This document shows, in pieces, positions 30,094 to 40,444 of a stretch of DNA of 64,000 nt. The DNA is from Candidatus Latescibacterota bacterium. GTDB taxonomy: Bacteria; Latescibacterota; UBA2968; SICM01. Both the position numbers and the translations under genes were made by a program. The notes under the pieces are model-generated. The model saw nothing but the letters and a program-made list of their open reading frames with translations, was not told the DNA's origin and ran no database searches. The stretch's first letter is position 1, and every line of letters starts with the position of its first letter. Location: contig CBDCJO010000002.1 in NCBI GenBank assembly GCA_965217865.1, forward strand, positions 1,088,001 through 1,152,000. Direction: 5' to 3'.

Positions 30094-30909
30094 GTGAACC
30101 AGATGCCAACACAATCACAGATGGACCAATACCAGGATCAGGGATATTTCATCGCCGAAGATACGGTGGATCCCGAAATGATGCCGGAGCTTGTGGCCTC
30201 GGCCCGCAGGGTCAAACAGAAGGTTCGATCGGGGAAAGTGGACGTGTTTACGCATCGGGCGACCGATGAAAAAAATTCCGAGCCTTGGGCCATTCGCGGT
30301 CTATTGGCCCCTGAGTTTGAAGAGCCGATCTTCTCGGAATACCTGCTTTCCGAACCGGTCATGCGTTACGTCCACCACTTCCTGGGCACGGAGCTCAGAC
30401 TCGGAAGCATCACCATATTCACCAATCCCCACGAAAAGGATTTCGGTTTCGGCTGGCATCGGGACATAGATAAAACCAAACGAGATGTCACCCGGGACCA
30501 GGAGCTGGAGATCCTGAACCAGCCAGTGAAAACCTTCAAATGGCATCTCGCTTTGGTCGACGATGCATGCCTGCAGGTTGTCCCCGAAAGCCAGCGCCGC
30601 TACAGGACAGATTTAGAGCGTGAATGCCTGATCAACACCCGCCACAGGGACATACCAGGGCAGGAGGCTATCGGCCTGAAGGCAGGCCAGACAGCCTTCT
30701 GGAACGCCAATATCATTCACCGGGGCGTGATGCGGAAGGACATTGAGCGCCTTACCTTAGCGGCCTCCTGGGCAAAGCACGTGGAAGATGAAGAGCCCGG
30801 CGAAACCGACCACCGGTTCAAGTGGCGCCTTTCGGAGGAAGTCCGGGACAGCCTTCCCGATGCCATGTGGCCTTATTATGACCGCTGGCGCGCGTTGCAG
30901 TTGGGTTGA
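30094..30909 (+). CDS. PhyH-family dioxygenase
   Basis: GWHRD, LQVVPES, LKAGQ, IIHRG, RLTL. Confidence 0.8.
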   Translation: MNQMPTQSQMDQYQDQGYFIAEDTVDPEMMPELVASARRVKQKVRSGKVDVFTHRATDEKNSEPWAIRGLLAPEFEEPIFSEYLLSEPVMRYVHHFLGTELRLGSITIFTNPHEKDFGFGWHRDIDKTKRDVTRDQELEILNQPVKTFKWHLALVDDACLQVVPESQRRYRTDLERECLINTRHRDIPGQEAIGLKAGQTAFWNANIIHRGVMRKDIERLTLAASWAKHVEDEEPGETDHRFKWRLSEEVRDSLPDAMWPYYDRWRALQLG

Positions 30910-30948
30910 GCAGAACTCCGTGAAGCGGGGAAGAATCTCTGAGATTAT

Positions 30949-31125
30949 GGTAGGAGCCGCCTCCTGGCGACGAAGCCCTATTTAAATGTGATCATGGCCC
31001 TACAGAGCCAGTTCCCGGTCTGGAGACCGGTCCCACAACAACTTCTTTTGGCCACATTGGTTCCAGGATTTGATGTTCTGGATTAACCCCTTGGATTCTG
31101 TGGGACCCGACTCCAGTCGGGGAAT
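30949..31125. repeat. Cluster of REP-like palindromes with GTAG/GTGG feet
   Basis: GTAGGAGCCGCCTCCTGGCG, CCGGTCTGGAGACCGGTCCCAC, GTGGGACCCGACTCCAGTCGGG between convergent genes. Confidence 0.6.
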
Positions 31126-31183
31126 TAGGCCATCAGCCAAAAGGAAATCCCCGTTCGTCGATCCTTCGGCTTCGCTTAGCCTC

Positions 31184-31777
31184 TCACGAGATACGCTTCA
31201 CGGCTTTTTGACCAATCGTCTCCGCAAGCGCAAAACAACAGGAACTCCTGGGCGTTCCCAGGGTTTTGCACCAGATATCCCGAAGGTAGGGTTCGCCTGG
31301 AATCCTTTTGTCGTTCAGCCGGACCACACCCCCATCCGTGAAAGTGAGCACAGTAAAGACGATGTCTGGATGGGCCGTCGGGGGTCCGACAAGCGGGGTC
31401 TGTAGGCCTTCCCATGAAGCTTTGATCCGATCCTTCCCCGCATGGATGTTCCATGCGGGGTTTCGCCTGATATCTCCCGTGCGGGTGAGAACCGCCTTCC
31501 GAATCGAAAGCTCTCGATCAAACGGACCGCCCCGCCCCCGGATCATCGTCTCGATCGTGAACTGGGCGAAATCCGGATTGTCCGTGTAGGCGCACGGCGG
31601 AGCGCCCCCTTCCGGAATGTCGACAAAGGCCACGCTGCCCTCGCCCGCTTCGCTGAATCGAGCGTGGTAGAGACTGACCGCGGCGCTGTCACGATCTTCC
31701 CCCTTCGGTCTCAGATAGTTGATCCAGTGTTCCCCACACCAGATGAGAGTCCCGGGTTTGTCCAGAGCCTGGGTCAT
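31184..31777 (-). CDS. Hypothetical protein
   Basis: ATG 31777 overlaps the upstream TGA (ATGA); MTQALDKPG...WCGEHWINYLR. Confidence 0.65.
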   Translation of the reverse strand: MTQALDKPGTLIWCGEHWINYLRPKGEDRDSAAVSLYHARFSEAGEGSVAFVDIPEGGAPPCAYTDNPDFAQFTIETMIRGRGGPFDRELSIRKAVLTRTGDIRRNPAWNIHAGKDRIKASWEGLQTPLVGPPTAHPDIVFTVLTFTDGGVVRLNDKRIPGEPYLRDIWCKTLGTPRSSCCFALAETIGQKAVKRIS

Positions 31778-33168
31778 GCACCATCTTCCTTCTTGCTTAC
31801 GAATCTGAAAGCGTACAGATCCGCATCCTCCAGGATGAAACGCAACCGCACAGGCTTTCCAGCCATCGAGCTCAGGTCTGCACCGGAATTCCATCTCACT
31901 GGCAAATCGATCTGATCCTGGAAAAGCTCCTGACAATCCTCCAGGCCGAAGCCGGGAATCGGACTGCCGTTTTCGTCCTGCAGCTCTACGCGGGCCATCC
32001 CGGCCGCCGAGGTGGAAAGGTTGATGCGGAGTTCGTCCCCCTCGAAGATCAACGCCCGGGTGATCATTTCCCCGCCGTCGTACGGGGCCTGGACCGACAC
32101 GAATCCATCGGTCCGCAGAGTCATGCGGCGCACGCAGTTCGTCTTAGTTCGCCAGTGTTCGGTGATGTACATCGACAACTGTGCCGGCCCCGTCTCCAGG
32201 ATTCCCCGCATGACGTAGATGCTGCGTTCGTGCCAATTTTCCGGGTCCGGGCCGGGCCTGACGAAGGCCTCTTTGAAAGTCCTATCGAATCGGATCCCGT
32301 CGCGGCTGGTCATAAACACCCCGTCGTTCACCCCGGGGTATGGCCAGTCGGGGGTTGGTGAGCGACCGTCGACGAAGCGGGAAGGGAACATCAGGTACAA
32401 ACCCGGCGATCGTTCGTAAGGCACGCACGAGTTTGTATACAGATGTTCGATCGGTTCGTCCCCCGTGTCGATGGGCTCAAGCGGAGTCCAGTTGACAAAG
32501 TCCTCCGACTCCGCGCGTCGAATCCAGCGGACACCCTCTTTGAAGTTTTTGTTGGCCCCGTGGCCGGCAGATCCATCTGTTTTGACACCCCGGGTATACA
32601 TAACGTACTTGCCCGTCCACGGATCGTGAAAAGCGATGTTGTGGGAATCGAACGGGCCGTCCGTCTGAACGGGCTCTGGGTTCTTTCGTGTCCAGTGGAT
32701 TCCGTCAGCGGATGTCGCGGTGTAGACACCCCCATGCCTTCCGATACCCTTGTAACGTTCGTCCGCAGGCGTATCCGGATTTAGATCGATAAAAGGCGCG
32801 AAGTTGGTCAGCTCTCGTTCGTCCAGAACCAGATTGTTGTCTCTCGAACCCTGATATTCGATCACATCGAGCGACGGCTTGTTCCATCTGATCCCGTTTT
32901 CGCTTTCAGCGTAAGCGGTCATGCAGCCTTGTCCAACCTTGCTTCCCTCAAAGGGGCTGCACCGGTACCACATCCGATATTTTTCCCCATCCTTGAAAAC
33001 CACCGCATAGGCCACGCCCCCCAATTCCCAGGGATGTTCAAGCGTAATCGCTCTATTTCTCATCTCCGGCCGATGCAGGACAAGCCTCGCATCCCTGATT
33101 GAATCGATAAGATTATCATCGACGAACAACTGTCTTGCAGTGCCGACATTGACAGGTGCATTTGACAT
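31774..33168 (-). CDS. Beta-propeller glycosidase-like protein with C-terminal beta-sandwich
   Basis: RQLFVDD, YRMWY, YAESENGIRW.KP, FDSHN, SRDG..FDR, LRTDGFVS, ADLYAFRF. Confidence 0.75.
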   Translation of the reverse strand: MSNAPVNVGTARQLFVDDNLIDSIRDARLVLHRPEMRNRAITLEHPWELGGVAYAVVFKDGEKYRMWYRCSPFEGSKVGQGCMTAYAESENGIRWNKPSLDVIEYQGSRDNNLVLDERELTNFAPFIDLNPDTPADERYKGIGRHGGVYTATSADGIHWTRKNPEPVQTDGPFDSHNIAFHDPWTGKYVMYTRGVKTDGSAGHGANKNFKEGVRWIRRAESEDFVNWTPLEPIDTGDEPIEHLYTNSCVPYERSPGLYLMFPSRFVDGRSPTPDWPYPGVNDGVFMTSRDGIRFDRTFKEAFVRPGPDPENWHERSIYVMRGILETGPAQLSMYITEHWRTKTNCVRRMTLRTDGFVSVQAPYDGGEMITRALIFEGDELRINLSTSAAGMARVELQDENGSPIPGFGLEDCQELFQDQIDLPVRWNSGADLSSMAGKPVRLRFILEDADLYAFRFVSKKEDGA

Positions 33169-33421
33169 AACCCCCCCCAGGCGCTTCGTTGAGAAACTCT
33201 CCATTCCGGATTCATCCGGAATTCCACACGATGCTCAAGAATATACGCCAATGATCTGTCGGTTCAATAAAAAAAGGGAAGGGATAATAAAAACTGGCTC
33301 CGAGACAATTCGTTGTTGTATATTTGGACCTTGTCTCGTTGGGATCAACAGCCACGGGGCACAAGGATAAGAGGTCGAGGAGAAGAGCAGAACCCAGGGA
33401 GGGAGATGTTTCGATACAGAC

Positions 33422-34597
33422 TTAAGGGACAAGTTCGAAAGTCAGGGAACGTCCGGCCACCCTTCGGCTGAAGGCAACGGCCGACTTCGCGCTTTTTTGG
33501 AAGACCACCACGATCTCCTGATTCGCTAAAGTATCGTTGATCACTTTTCGATCGCCCATCTCTGAGAAAGGATAGGCTTTCGCAGTCTGATCCATGAGCA
33601 GCCCAAAAACCATCTCTTTAGGATGGAACCTTTCATCGATCGGCGTCTCCTGCGGGAAATAGATTTGCCGATTGTTCGTATATCCCTGGATCACATAAAT
33701 GTCTGCCTGGTAACTTCTGGAATAACCCGTCCTGGATGAAAGCACGGTCGTTTCGGGATGGAGTTCTTTCCACGCCGCCCAGGTGCCCTGGAAGATGGGA
33801 AGAAGATTGAGCCGCTCCCCGGCCCGCTCGCCTTGAATGCTGCTGAGGCGCATTTGCGACCAGATGCTCGAAGATGTCCGTTGATCGCCTGAGGAGATCT
33901 GGTCGTACATGACCAGGTTGTTGTTGAAAAGGTTGCCTGTATTGCCGAACGCGATGTCATCGCCTTCAAAGTTGATCCCGGAGGCCGTGAGAGGGCAGTA
34001 GGTGACGACGATCTTTTTCCCACCCACCGTGTGGTTGACAATTTCGTGCCAGTTCAAGATCTTCACCGGATAAGCCCTCGCGTCCCCGTTGATATCGACA
34101 CCCAGGACAAGATCGTTTTCGGGCAATTCGACTTGATCTGCCGCGACGAATTGAGCAAACCCGAAGTTTCCCTGCGGGTTCTCCAGGGGTGGGATCGCGT
34201 CCTTCGGTACGGAAACAATGATCTCAGTTTCGGGAACGCTGCCAAAACTATCCGGTGAAAGCCGCCCGCTTGATTCGTCCGATCCGCCTTCTTCCCATAC
34301 GGCCGTATCCCCCCAGAAGGAGGCCCAGGCAAACCAGTACGCGCTGTAGGCCGGGATCTGAGTGAGCCTTTGACCCGAAAGCGGGCCCTGGACAGCCAGT
34401 CCTTTCAGGTCCCAAACCGTATTTGTCTCAAGATCTTTGAACTGAAGAAGCGTTTTGGAAGAAGACGCTCCATCGGAATCATCGGTCTGAGCAGACCCGC
34501 TTTCAAGTCCGGGGACCGGCTCGTCGGGGCCGCTTGGCCCCCCGCACGAAACCGCGACAGCCGCAAGAATCACAGCGGCCAGTCGATTTCTTTTCAT
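33422..34597 (-). CDS. DUF3179-family lipoprotein, apparently circularly permuted
   Basis: Lipobox-like AVAVSC; KDAIP, RAYP..ILNWHEIVN, TYCPL, NLVMYD, KAYP; the ETN.W...GPL.G...YWFAW block lies at the N-terminus; AAGGAG RBS. Confidence 0.8.
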   Translation of the reverse strand: MKRNRLAAVILAAVAVSCGGPSGPDEPVPGLESGSAQTDDSDGASSSKTLLQFKDLETNTVWDLKGLAVQGPLSGQRLTQIPAYSAYWFAWASFWGDTAVWEEGGSDESSGRLSPDSFGSVPETEIIVSVPKDAIPPLENPQGNFGFAQFVAADQVELPENDLVLGVDINGDARAYPVKILNWHEIVNHTVGGKKIVVTYCPLTASGINFEGDDIAFGNTGNLFNNNLVMYDQISSGDQRTSSSIWSQMRLSSIQGERAGERLNLLPIFQGTWAAWKELHPETTVLSSRTGYSRSYQADIYVIQGYTNNRQIYFPQETPIDERFHPKEMVFGLLMDQTAKAYPFSEMGDRKVINDTLANQEIVVVFQKSAKSAVAFSRRVAGRSLTFELVP

Positions 34598-34668
34598 CTG
34601 AATCTCCTTTTTGTCTCTATGGTATGACATTGTAGGGGTTCGAAAAGTTCCTCTAATATTCCTTATAT

Positions 34669-36450
34669 ATGGACCGAGACCAGGAATCCATCTATCTGCT
34701 CGACATGAGTACATGTCGGCCTCACGATGCCATTTCCAGGAGCTTTGAGGAAGGAAAATGGATCGCCTGCGATTATTCCATCCGGCACGGCGAAGGCAAA
34801 ATGCTTTTTTCCAGTCCGGATTCCCAAGTTCCTGCGATAAGGCTCGATCCCGGAGTGAAAGGTTGGCATCACATCTTCGTCGGGACATTCCGCCATCGCG
34901 TGTATCCCAACAATTGTCTGTTGCTAAAGTTAAAATCCGATCCGGGATATACGAGGGCTATCCAGGAGGACTTTCGATTCGGTAAGGACCTTGTATCCAA
35001 AGACATGATCCCGGGGGAGACCGATATCTGTGAGGCCTTCTGGAAGTCCTCAGATCTCAGCGGTCAGGAGATCGTGTTCCATCGGCCATCGGCCGGTGCT
35101 ATTGCGGAGTCCGTCACAAACATCGCGTATATCCGGCTGGTCCCCCTCTCTTCGTCGGAACGGGATACGGCAAAGCGGGATTTGATTCGAACCGACACTC
35201 GACTTCTGATCGCAAACTACGACTCCAACCAGCACACGATGTGGGCATACGAAAGCGATCAGGACATGGTCGACGAATTTCAGGCCCTGGCCCAAAGCGA
35301 CTTCAAGATGGTACTCTGGGGGTGTGCCGCGGCTTTTGCCACCTTCTATCCCTCACGTGTATGTTCGGAGATCCGATGGACGTTCGGGGCCATCCCCCCG
35401 GGGGGATGGGGTGGTGGGGCATTCGGAAGAACCAGGGGGGGGACTCAGACCGTAAACCGTTATAGCCAAAACGGTTTCGATCCCCTTAAGGCCGCCGTTC
35501 GTCGAGCACACGAAATCGGGATCGAGATCTATCCGCAGGTGCGGATGGTTGGGGAGCAACTTCCCCCCAATCACAGAGATTGGGCGGGGCCGGGTGATTT
35601 TCAGGAACAGCATCCCGAGTATCGCTCCTTAACCCCCGAGGGTCATCCGACCCGCCATCTGAGCCACGCCTTTCCCGATGTCAGAGCAAAATACGTGGAC
35701 CTCTTTCGAGAATGGGTCGAAGAATATGAAGCCGATGGGGTGAACATAATTTTCTGCAGATGCTGGCCTTACGTATTTTATGAGGACCCTGTGGTCGAAT
35801 CCTTCCGGGCCGCATTCGAAATAGACATGCGAAAACTGGATCCTTTCGATCAACGCGTCCTGCAGCACAGGTCCGACTTCCTGACACAACTGCTGAGGGA
35901 GACGCGAAAAATGCTGGATGAGGTGGGGGTCCGGCGGGGAAAGCGGCTGGGCACCTGCTACGTCGTGCCGGCAGACAGGGTGGCTACAGACTGTCCGGAT
36001 TTGGGGCCATTCACGGGTCCGCGTTCTCATGCCATGGATGTGGAGACATGGGTAGGAGAAGGATTGGTCGACCACCTGATCGTCCACATCGAGGGGGTGG
36101 GAAAACCGGATGCCGGCGACAGGGCTTCCCTCATACGCCCTTACGTAGATCTTGCCCGGGGGACGAAGGTGCAGGTTTACGCGGACCTCTATCCCAGGAG
36201 GCAATCCGCCGATTCCATGCGCACCAGAGCCATGGTATGTTATGAGGCCGGGGTAGACGGCCTCTGCTTCTGGGATTCTATGATTCGGGCACCCCGCCTG
36301 AGCGGATGGGCCATGCATCGCCTCCTGGGCCACAAGCAGGAACTCGACAAGATGAAACCCTTCGCTGAGGACATTTTCAGGCTGGAGCCGATGCTTACAT
36401 TCGACACCTTCTCGACACAAGACGAATACTGCTTGCCTACAGACGGATGA
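34669..36450 (+). CDS. Putative glycoside hydrolase-like TIM-barrel protein with an N-terminal extra domain
   Basis: AHEIGIEIY..VRM, QHPEYR, LSHAFPDVR, ADGVNIIF, GLVD, GVDGLCFWD. Confidence 0.7.
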   Translation: MDRDQESIYLLDMSTCRPHDAISRSFEEGKWIACDYSIRHGEGKMLFSSPDSQVPAIRLDPGVKGWHHIFVGTFRHRVYPNNCLLLKLKSDPGYTRAIQEDFRFGKDLVSKDMIPGETDICEAFWKSSDLSGQEIVFHRPSAGAIAESVTNIAYIRLVPLSSSERDTAKRDLIRTDTRLLIANYDSNQHTMWAYESDQDMVDEFQALAQSDFKMVLWGCAAAFATFYPSRVCSEIRWTFGAIPPGGWGGGAFGRTRGGTQTVNRYSQNGFDPLKAAVRRAHEIGIEIYPQVRMVGEQLPPNHRDWAGPGDFQEQHPEYRSLTPEGHPTRHLSHAFPDVRAKYVDLFREWVEEYEADGVNIIFCRCWPYVFYEDPVVESFRAAFEIDMRKLDPFDQRVLQHRSDFLTQLLRETRKMLDEVGVRRGKRLGTCYVVPADRVATDCPDLGPFTGPRSHAMDVETWVGEGLVDHLIVHIEGVGKPDAGDRASLIRPYVDLARGTKVQVYADLYPRRQSADSMRTRAMVCYEAGVDGLCFWDSMIRAPRLSGWAMHRLLGHKQELDKMKPFAEDIFRLEPMLTFDTFSTQDEYCLPTDG

Positions 36451-36499
36451 ATTACTTTCAAATCAAATTCACGATCTTTTTCAGGAGGTGACATCGATC

Positions 36500-37246
36500 A
36501 TGAGAGGTCTAAAAGATAAAGTGGCCATCGTGACCGGGGGGTTGGGAGATATCGGTTATGCCAGCGCGGAGAGACTCGTAGATGAGGGCTGCAAGGTGGC
36601 CATTTTTGACGCCCGGGAGGATGATAAATCCCTTGCAGAAAAAATCAACTGCCGCTTTTTCAAGGTGGATATAAGCGACGAAAACCAGGTGGAGGAGGCG
36701 TCCAAAGCCGTTGCGTCATCCGTTGGGGACGTTTCCATTCTCGTAAACTGCGCGGCGGTCTTTGTTCTCAAGAGCATAGACGCGAGCCCGGAAGATTGGC
36801 AGAAGATCCTGAGTGTAAACGTTATGGGCACCTCGCTGGTCACCAAGCACGTGGTGCCCCTTATGGAGAAGTTTGGGAGTGGAAGCATCGTCAATTTCTC
36901 GTCTATAAGCGGATATGTCGGACAGGCAAATTTCGCGACCTACAATGCCACGAAGTTCGCGATTCGGGGACTGACCAAATGCTGGGCCCAGGACCTGGCC
37001 CCGAAGAGAATCCGGGTAAACAGTATCTGTCCCGGTTACGTCATCACCACGGCCTTCGAAAACACATGCAAACAGTTCGGTCTGGATTATGAGGAGGAAA
37101 AACGGAAGGCCCTGACGATACAGCTCCTGCCTGACGTTCCGACACCCGAAGGCGTTGCGGCCGGGGTGGCCTTCCTTGCGAGTGACGATTCCTCGATTAT
37201 GACAGGAAGCGATCTGATCGTGGACGCGGGTTATCTGGCGAAGTGA
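36500..37246 (+). CDS. SDR-family oxidoreductase
   Basis: TGGLGDIG, LVNCA, YNATK, IRVNSICPG. Confidence 0.93.
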   Translation: MRGLKDKVAIVTGGLGDIGYASAERLVDEGCKVAIFDAREDDKSLAEKINCRFFKVDISDENQVEEASKAVASSVGDVSILVNCAAVFVLKSIDASPEDWQKILSVNVMGTSLVTKHVVPLMEKFGSGSIVNFSSISGYVGQANFATYNATKFAIRGLTKCWAQDLAPKRIRVNSICPGYVITTAFENTCKQFGLDYEEEKRKALTIQLLPDVPTPEGVAAGVAFLASDDSSIMTGSDLIVDAGYLAK

Positions 37247-37304
37247 CAATATCCTTCCGGCCGGGAGTCCCCTCAGTCGGTTGGAAATTTTCAGGGGATG
37301 GATT

Positions 37305-38648
37305 ATGCGATTAGAAAATCACCACGGAATTCGGGAGGCGCCAAAGGGGCTGGGAGGGGCACTGCGCAATATCGGACCTGGAATCGTCGTGTCCGGTTCG
37401 ATCGTGGGTTCGGGGGAACTCCTTGTGACCACGCGAATGGGCGCGGAAGTGGGTTTTGTCTTCCTCTGGGGTGTAATCGTAGCGAGCATTGTGAAATTTT
37501 TCATCCAGCTGGAGCTGGGACGGCAATGCATCCTTTACAATCAAACGACCATCCAGGCCCTCGATCGAGTACCCGGCCTGCGAGTATTGAATAACTCCTG
37601 GGCTTCCTGGTTGTGTGTGATCGGGTATTTTTCCGTGATGATCGCTGTCATCGGGATCCTCGGATCGGTCGCCGGTCTGATGTCCTCGGTCTTTCCATCC
37701 GTATCTTATTCCGTCTGGGCCGTCCTGATTTTTCTTTTGATGAGCGTCCTGCTCTACAGGGGGCTCTACAAAGATCTGGAAAAGATGATATCGCTTCTGG
37801 TTGCCAGCTTCAGCCTGATCGTGATCGGATCGTCCATTTTCCTCCTGAGAACCCCCTATGCATTCACGACTTCGGAGCTGATGTCCGGATTTCGTTTCAC
37901 CCTTCCCCCGGAAGGTGCCTTCGTGGCCTTAGCGGTAATGGGTTCGGTAGGGGCCACCGCAGTTGAATTGTTCATGTATCCGTACTGGATTCGGGAGAAA
38001 GGGTATCCGGATTTCGTGGGGCCCCAGGAAGACTCTCCAGAATGGCATGAGCGCTATCGGGGATGGATGCGCGTCCTCTTCGCGGATGCCCTGGTTTGCA
38101 CCGGCATCGCCACAGTCATTACGTGCGCCTATTATCTCCTGGGAGCTTCCATCCTGAAGCGAATGGAGGTGTTGCCTGAGGGCATGAAAGTTGTTGAGAG
38201 TGTGTCGCTGATCTTCACGCAGAGCTTTGGACCCTGGGCGAAGGGCGTATTCATGTTCGGGGGCTTCTGCACCCTGTTTTCCACCCTGCTTGTCTTCACC
38301 GCCAGTTCAGGGCGAATCGGGGTTGACTTTCTCCATCAGGTCGGAGTGAGAGCTCTCGACCGGGAGAGTGTCCGCCGCAGACTTCTTCGCATTCTGCAGA
38401 TCGCATTTCCCTTTCTCTGGCTCTGCGTTATTCTTGTAATACCGGACACCCCCCTTGCCCTGGTCCTGATCGGGGCCAATGCCAACAACCTGCTGCTTAT
38501 CCCTATGGCCTACGGGGTGGCACACCTGGCCATGCGGACCGCGGGAAGGGTGCGAATGCCCGTCTGGAGCGAGCTTGGACTCCTGTTCACCATCTGGGTG
38601 ATCATTAACTTTACGGCCGTTAACCTTTATTTGAAGTGGACCCAGTAA
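37305..38648 (+). CDS. Nramp-like (APC superfamily) transporter
   Basis: GPGIVVSGSIVGSGEL, about 11 TM segments, YPYW..EKG, TLFST. Confidence 0.8.
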   Translation: MRLENHHGIREAPKGLGGALRNIGPGIVVSGSIVGSGELLVTTRMGAEVGFVFLWGVIVASIVKFFIQLELGRQCILYNQTTIQALDRVPGLRVLNNSWASWLCVIGYFSVMIAVIGILGSVAGLMSSVFPSVSYSVWAVLIFLLMSVLLYRGLYKDLEKMISLLVASFSLIVIGSSIFLLRTPYAFTTSELMSGFRFTLPPEGAFVALAVMGSVGATAVELFMYPYWIREKGYPDFVGPQEDSPEWHERYRGWMRVLFADALVCTGIATVITCAYYLLGASILKRMEVLPEGMKVVESVSLIFTQSFGPWAKGVFMFGGFCTLFSTLLVFTASSGRIGVDFLHQVGVRALDRESVRRRLLRILQIAFPFLWLCVILVIPDTPLALVLIGANANNLLLIPMAYGVAHLAMRTAGRVRMPVWSELGLLFTIWVIINFTAVNLYLKWTQ

Positions 38649-38650
38649 TA

Positions 38651-39040
38651 TTGAATATTGAATATCGGAGAATTGAATATTTTGAAAACCTCAGGCCTTT
38701 CCTGACTATGGATCTCTTCGATCTTCAATCTTCAATTCCCACTGGTTCCTGCCTTTCCTGCCGCTGCCACCTGCTACTGCTACAGCCTTTCCTGGCCCCT
38801 GACCTCAGGCCCCCCGAACTTCATTGAATATTGAATATCGGAGAATTGAATATTTGAAAACCTCAGGACTTTCCTGGCTGTGGATCTCTTCGATCTTCAA
38901 TCTTCAATTCTCACTGTCCTCTGCCTTTCCTGCCACTGCCACCTGCTACTGCTACAGCCTTTCCTGACCCCTGACCTCAGGCCTCTGACCCCTGACTTAC
39001 TTTGCATTTTCCATTTTTTATTTTGTATTTTTCATTTCCC
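38651..39040 (+). repeat. Tandem duplication of a 173-bp composite intergenic unit plus TTTTGCA-type tail
   Basis: Units start at 38651 and 38824 with TTGAATATTGAATATCGGAGAATTGAATATTT, followed by TCTTCAA, CTGCCAC/CTGCTA and CTGACCC modules. Confidence 0.85.
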
Positions 39041-40409
39041 TTTTATACTCTGCAAGCCTCTTCCAGAAGCGATCGGCTGTCCCCTTTCGATACCAGGCCC
39101 CCTCCTTCACAAGGACCGCCGGAATGCTGTAGAAAGAGATCACCGGAGGCCGATACTTGTGAATCATCTCCCAGCGTAAATCCTCTTCGATGTCGTCCAT
39201 AATACCCGCACCCTCCTCCCGAAGGCCGTCCACCTGCCCCCAGTGATCACAATAATGAACCATGAACCCGTAATCGGACTTACGCCCGGCCTCCCGCGCG
39301 AGCTCCATTCCGTTTGAAAGGAAATTCTCTTCGTAAAAGAGATAGTCCCGTACGGACTGGATGGTCTCGCTGATGAAACAGGTGATTTCCCGGTCCTTCA
39401 ACAGACGGGGAAGATCTACACCCATTCGTCGTCCTTGAGGCCAGTATCCCATCTCAATACCGGTGCGTGCGGACCTCGTCTTGAAGTTTCGATAGTCCAG
39501 CATCGTGACATCGTTGTTGAAGAAACAGACCCCCCTCCAGTCCGGTTCATCTGCGTGGTAGCGATTCACCCGTGCGGAGATACGATGAACGAAAGTTTCG
39601 TGATACAGGCCGCACAGGAAGTCCTCCCAGGCCAGCCATACTTTGTTTCCGCGAGGAATATCCGCGAACCGAGTAAATGACGGAACCTTTTCCGGGCGGT
39701 TGTCCGGGATGTAAACCGTCCGGTCCGGGTGTTCGGAAGTCATCTTGGCCTTGGGGACCGGAAACCGATCGACCTGCACCCCCTTCCACCGGATATCGTG
39801 TTCCGCGCAGTAGGCCTGCCATTTCTCGAAAACAGCAGGAGAATACGCGTGAAGCGTCCAGGGTTTGAGACCGGACCGGCGGTAGGGAAAATCCCACGTC
39901 GTGATGCGGCACTCCGGAAAGAAAAAGCCGTTCACCGCGCCCTTGACGTGGGGCCAGTAGCGGTCCTCAAGCACGTCCAGGAGCCAGTCCACCGCGTTAG
40001 GGTTCAGCGGGTCGAACACATGATTCCGCTGTTCCCAGACCGCCGGGGAGATCTGTCCGGATTCCTGCATGGTCCACGCCACAAGGTCTCCCGGCACGAC
40101 AGGCATATCCCGAAACTGCTTTTGCCACCGGATGCCCGCCCACATGTCCACACCGTGCGTTCGTCCGATCTCCGCGATCTTCCGTCCCATTCCTGCATCG
40201 GCCCGCTCGTACCAGTAGTTGACATAATCGAGACCGTCCACTTTGCCTGCGATCTGCTCAAAAAAGCGGGTCGCCCCATCCTCGGCCAGAAAAGTCTCGA
40301 AGTAGGGATCGAGACGGCGAAACATCGCGTTTTTCGGCACGCTGAAGGCCTCTTGCCCGAGAAAATATCCCGGCTTCAGCGAAGCAGGAGGGAAATATTT
40401 CTTGGCCAT
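39018..40409 (-). CDS. Hypothetical protein, possible GH42-like TIM barrel
   Basis: FDPLNP...VNGFFFPE...YSP..FEKWQAY...AWEDF; AGGAG RBS. Confidence 0.6.
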   Translation of the reverse strand: MAKKYFPPASLKPGYFLGQEAFSVPKNAMFRRLDPYFETFLAEDGATRFFEQIAGKVDGLDYVNYWYERADAGMGRKIAEIGRTHGVDMWAGIRWQKQFRDMPVVPGDLVAWTMQESGQISPAVWEQRNHVFDPLNPNAVDWLLDVLEDRYWPHVKGAVNGFFFPECRITTWDFPYRRSGLKPWTLHAYSPAVFEKWQAYCAEHDIRWKGVQVDRFPVPKAKMTSEHPDRTVYIPDNRPEKVPSFTRFADIPRGNKVWLAWEDFLCGLYHETFVHRISARVNRYHADEPDWRGVCFFNNDVTMLDYRNFKTRSARTGIEMGYWPQGRRMGVDLPRLLKDREITCFISETIQSVRDYLFYEENFLSNGMELAREAGRKSDYGFMVHYCDHWGQVDGLREEGAGIMDDIEEDLRWEMIHKYRPPVISFYSIPAVLVKEGAWYRKGTADRFWKRLAEYKREMKNTK

Positions 40410-40444
40410 CGACGCTCCTGTCCCCACGACTGGGGTGTTTGCGA

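Noticed and set aside
38651-39000. CRISPR array
   Set aside because: Only two heads per locus, the intervening sequences are long and homologous rather than unique spacers, and there are no cas genes.
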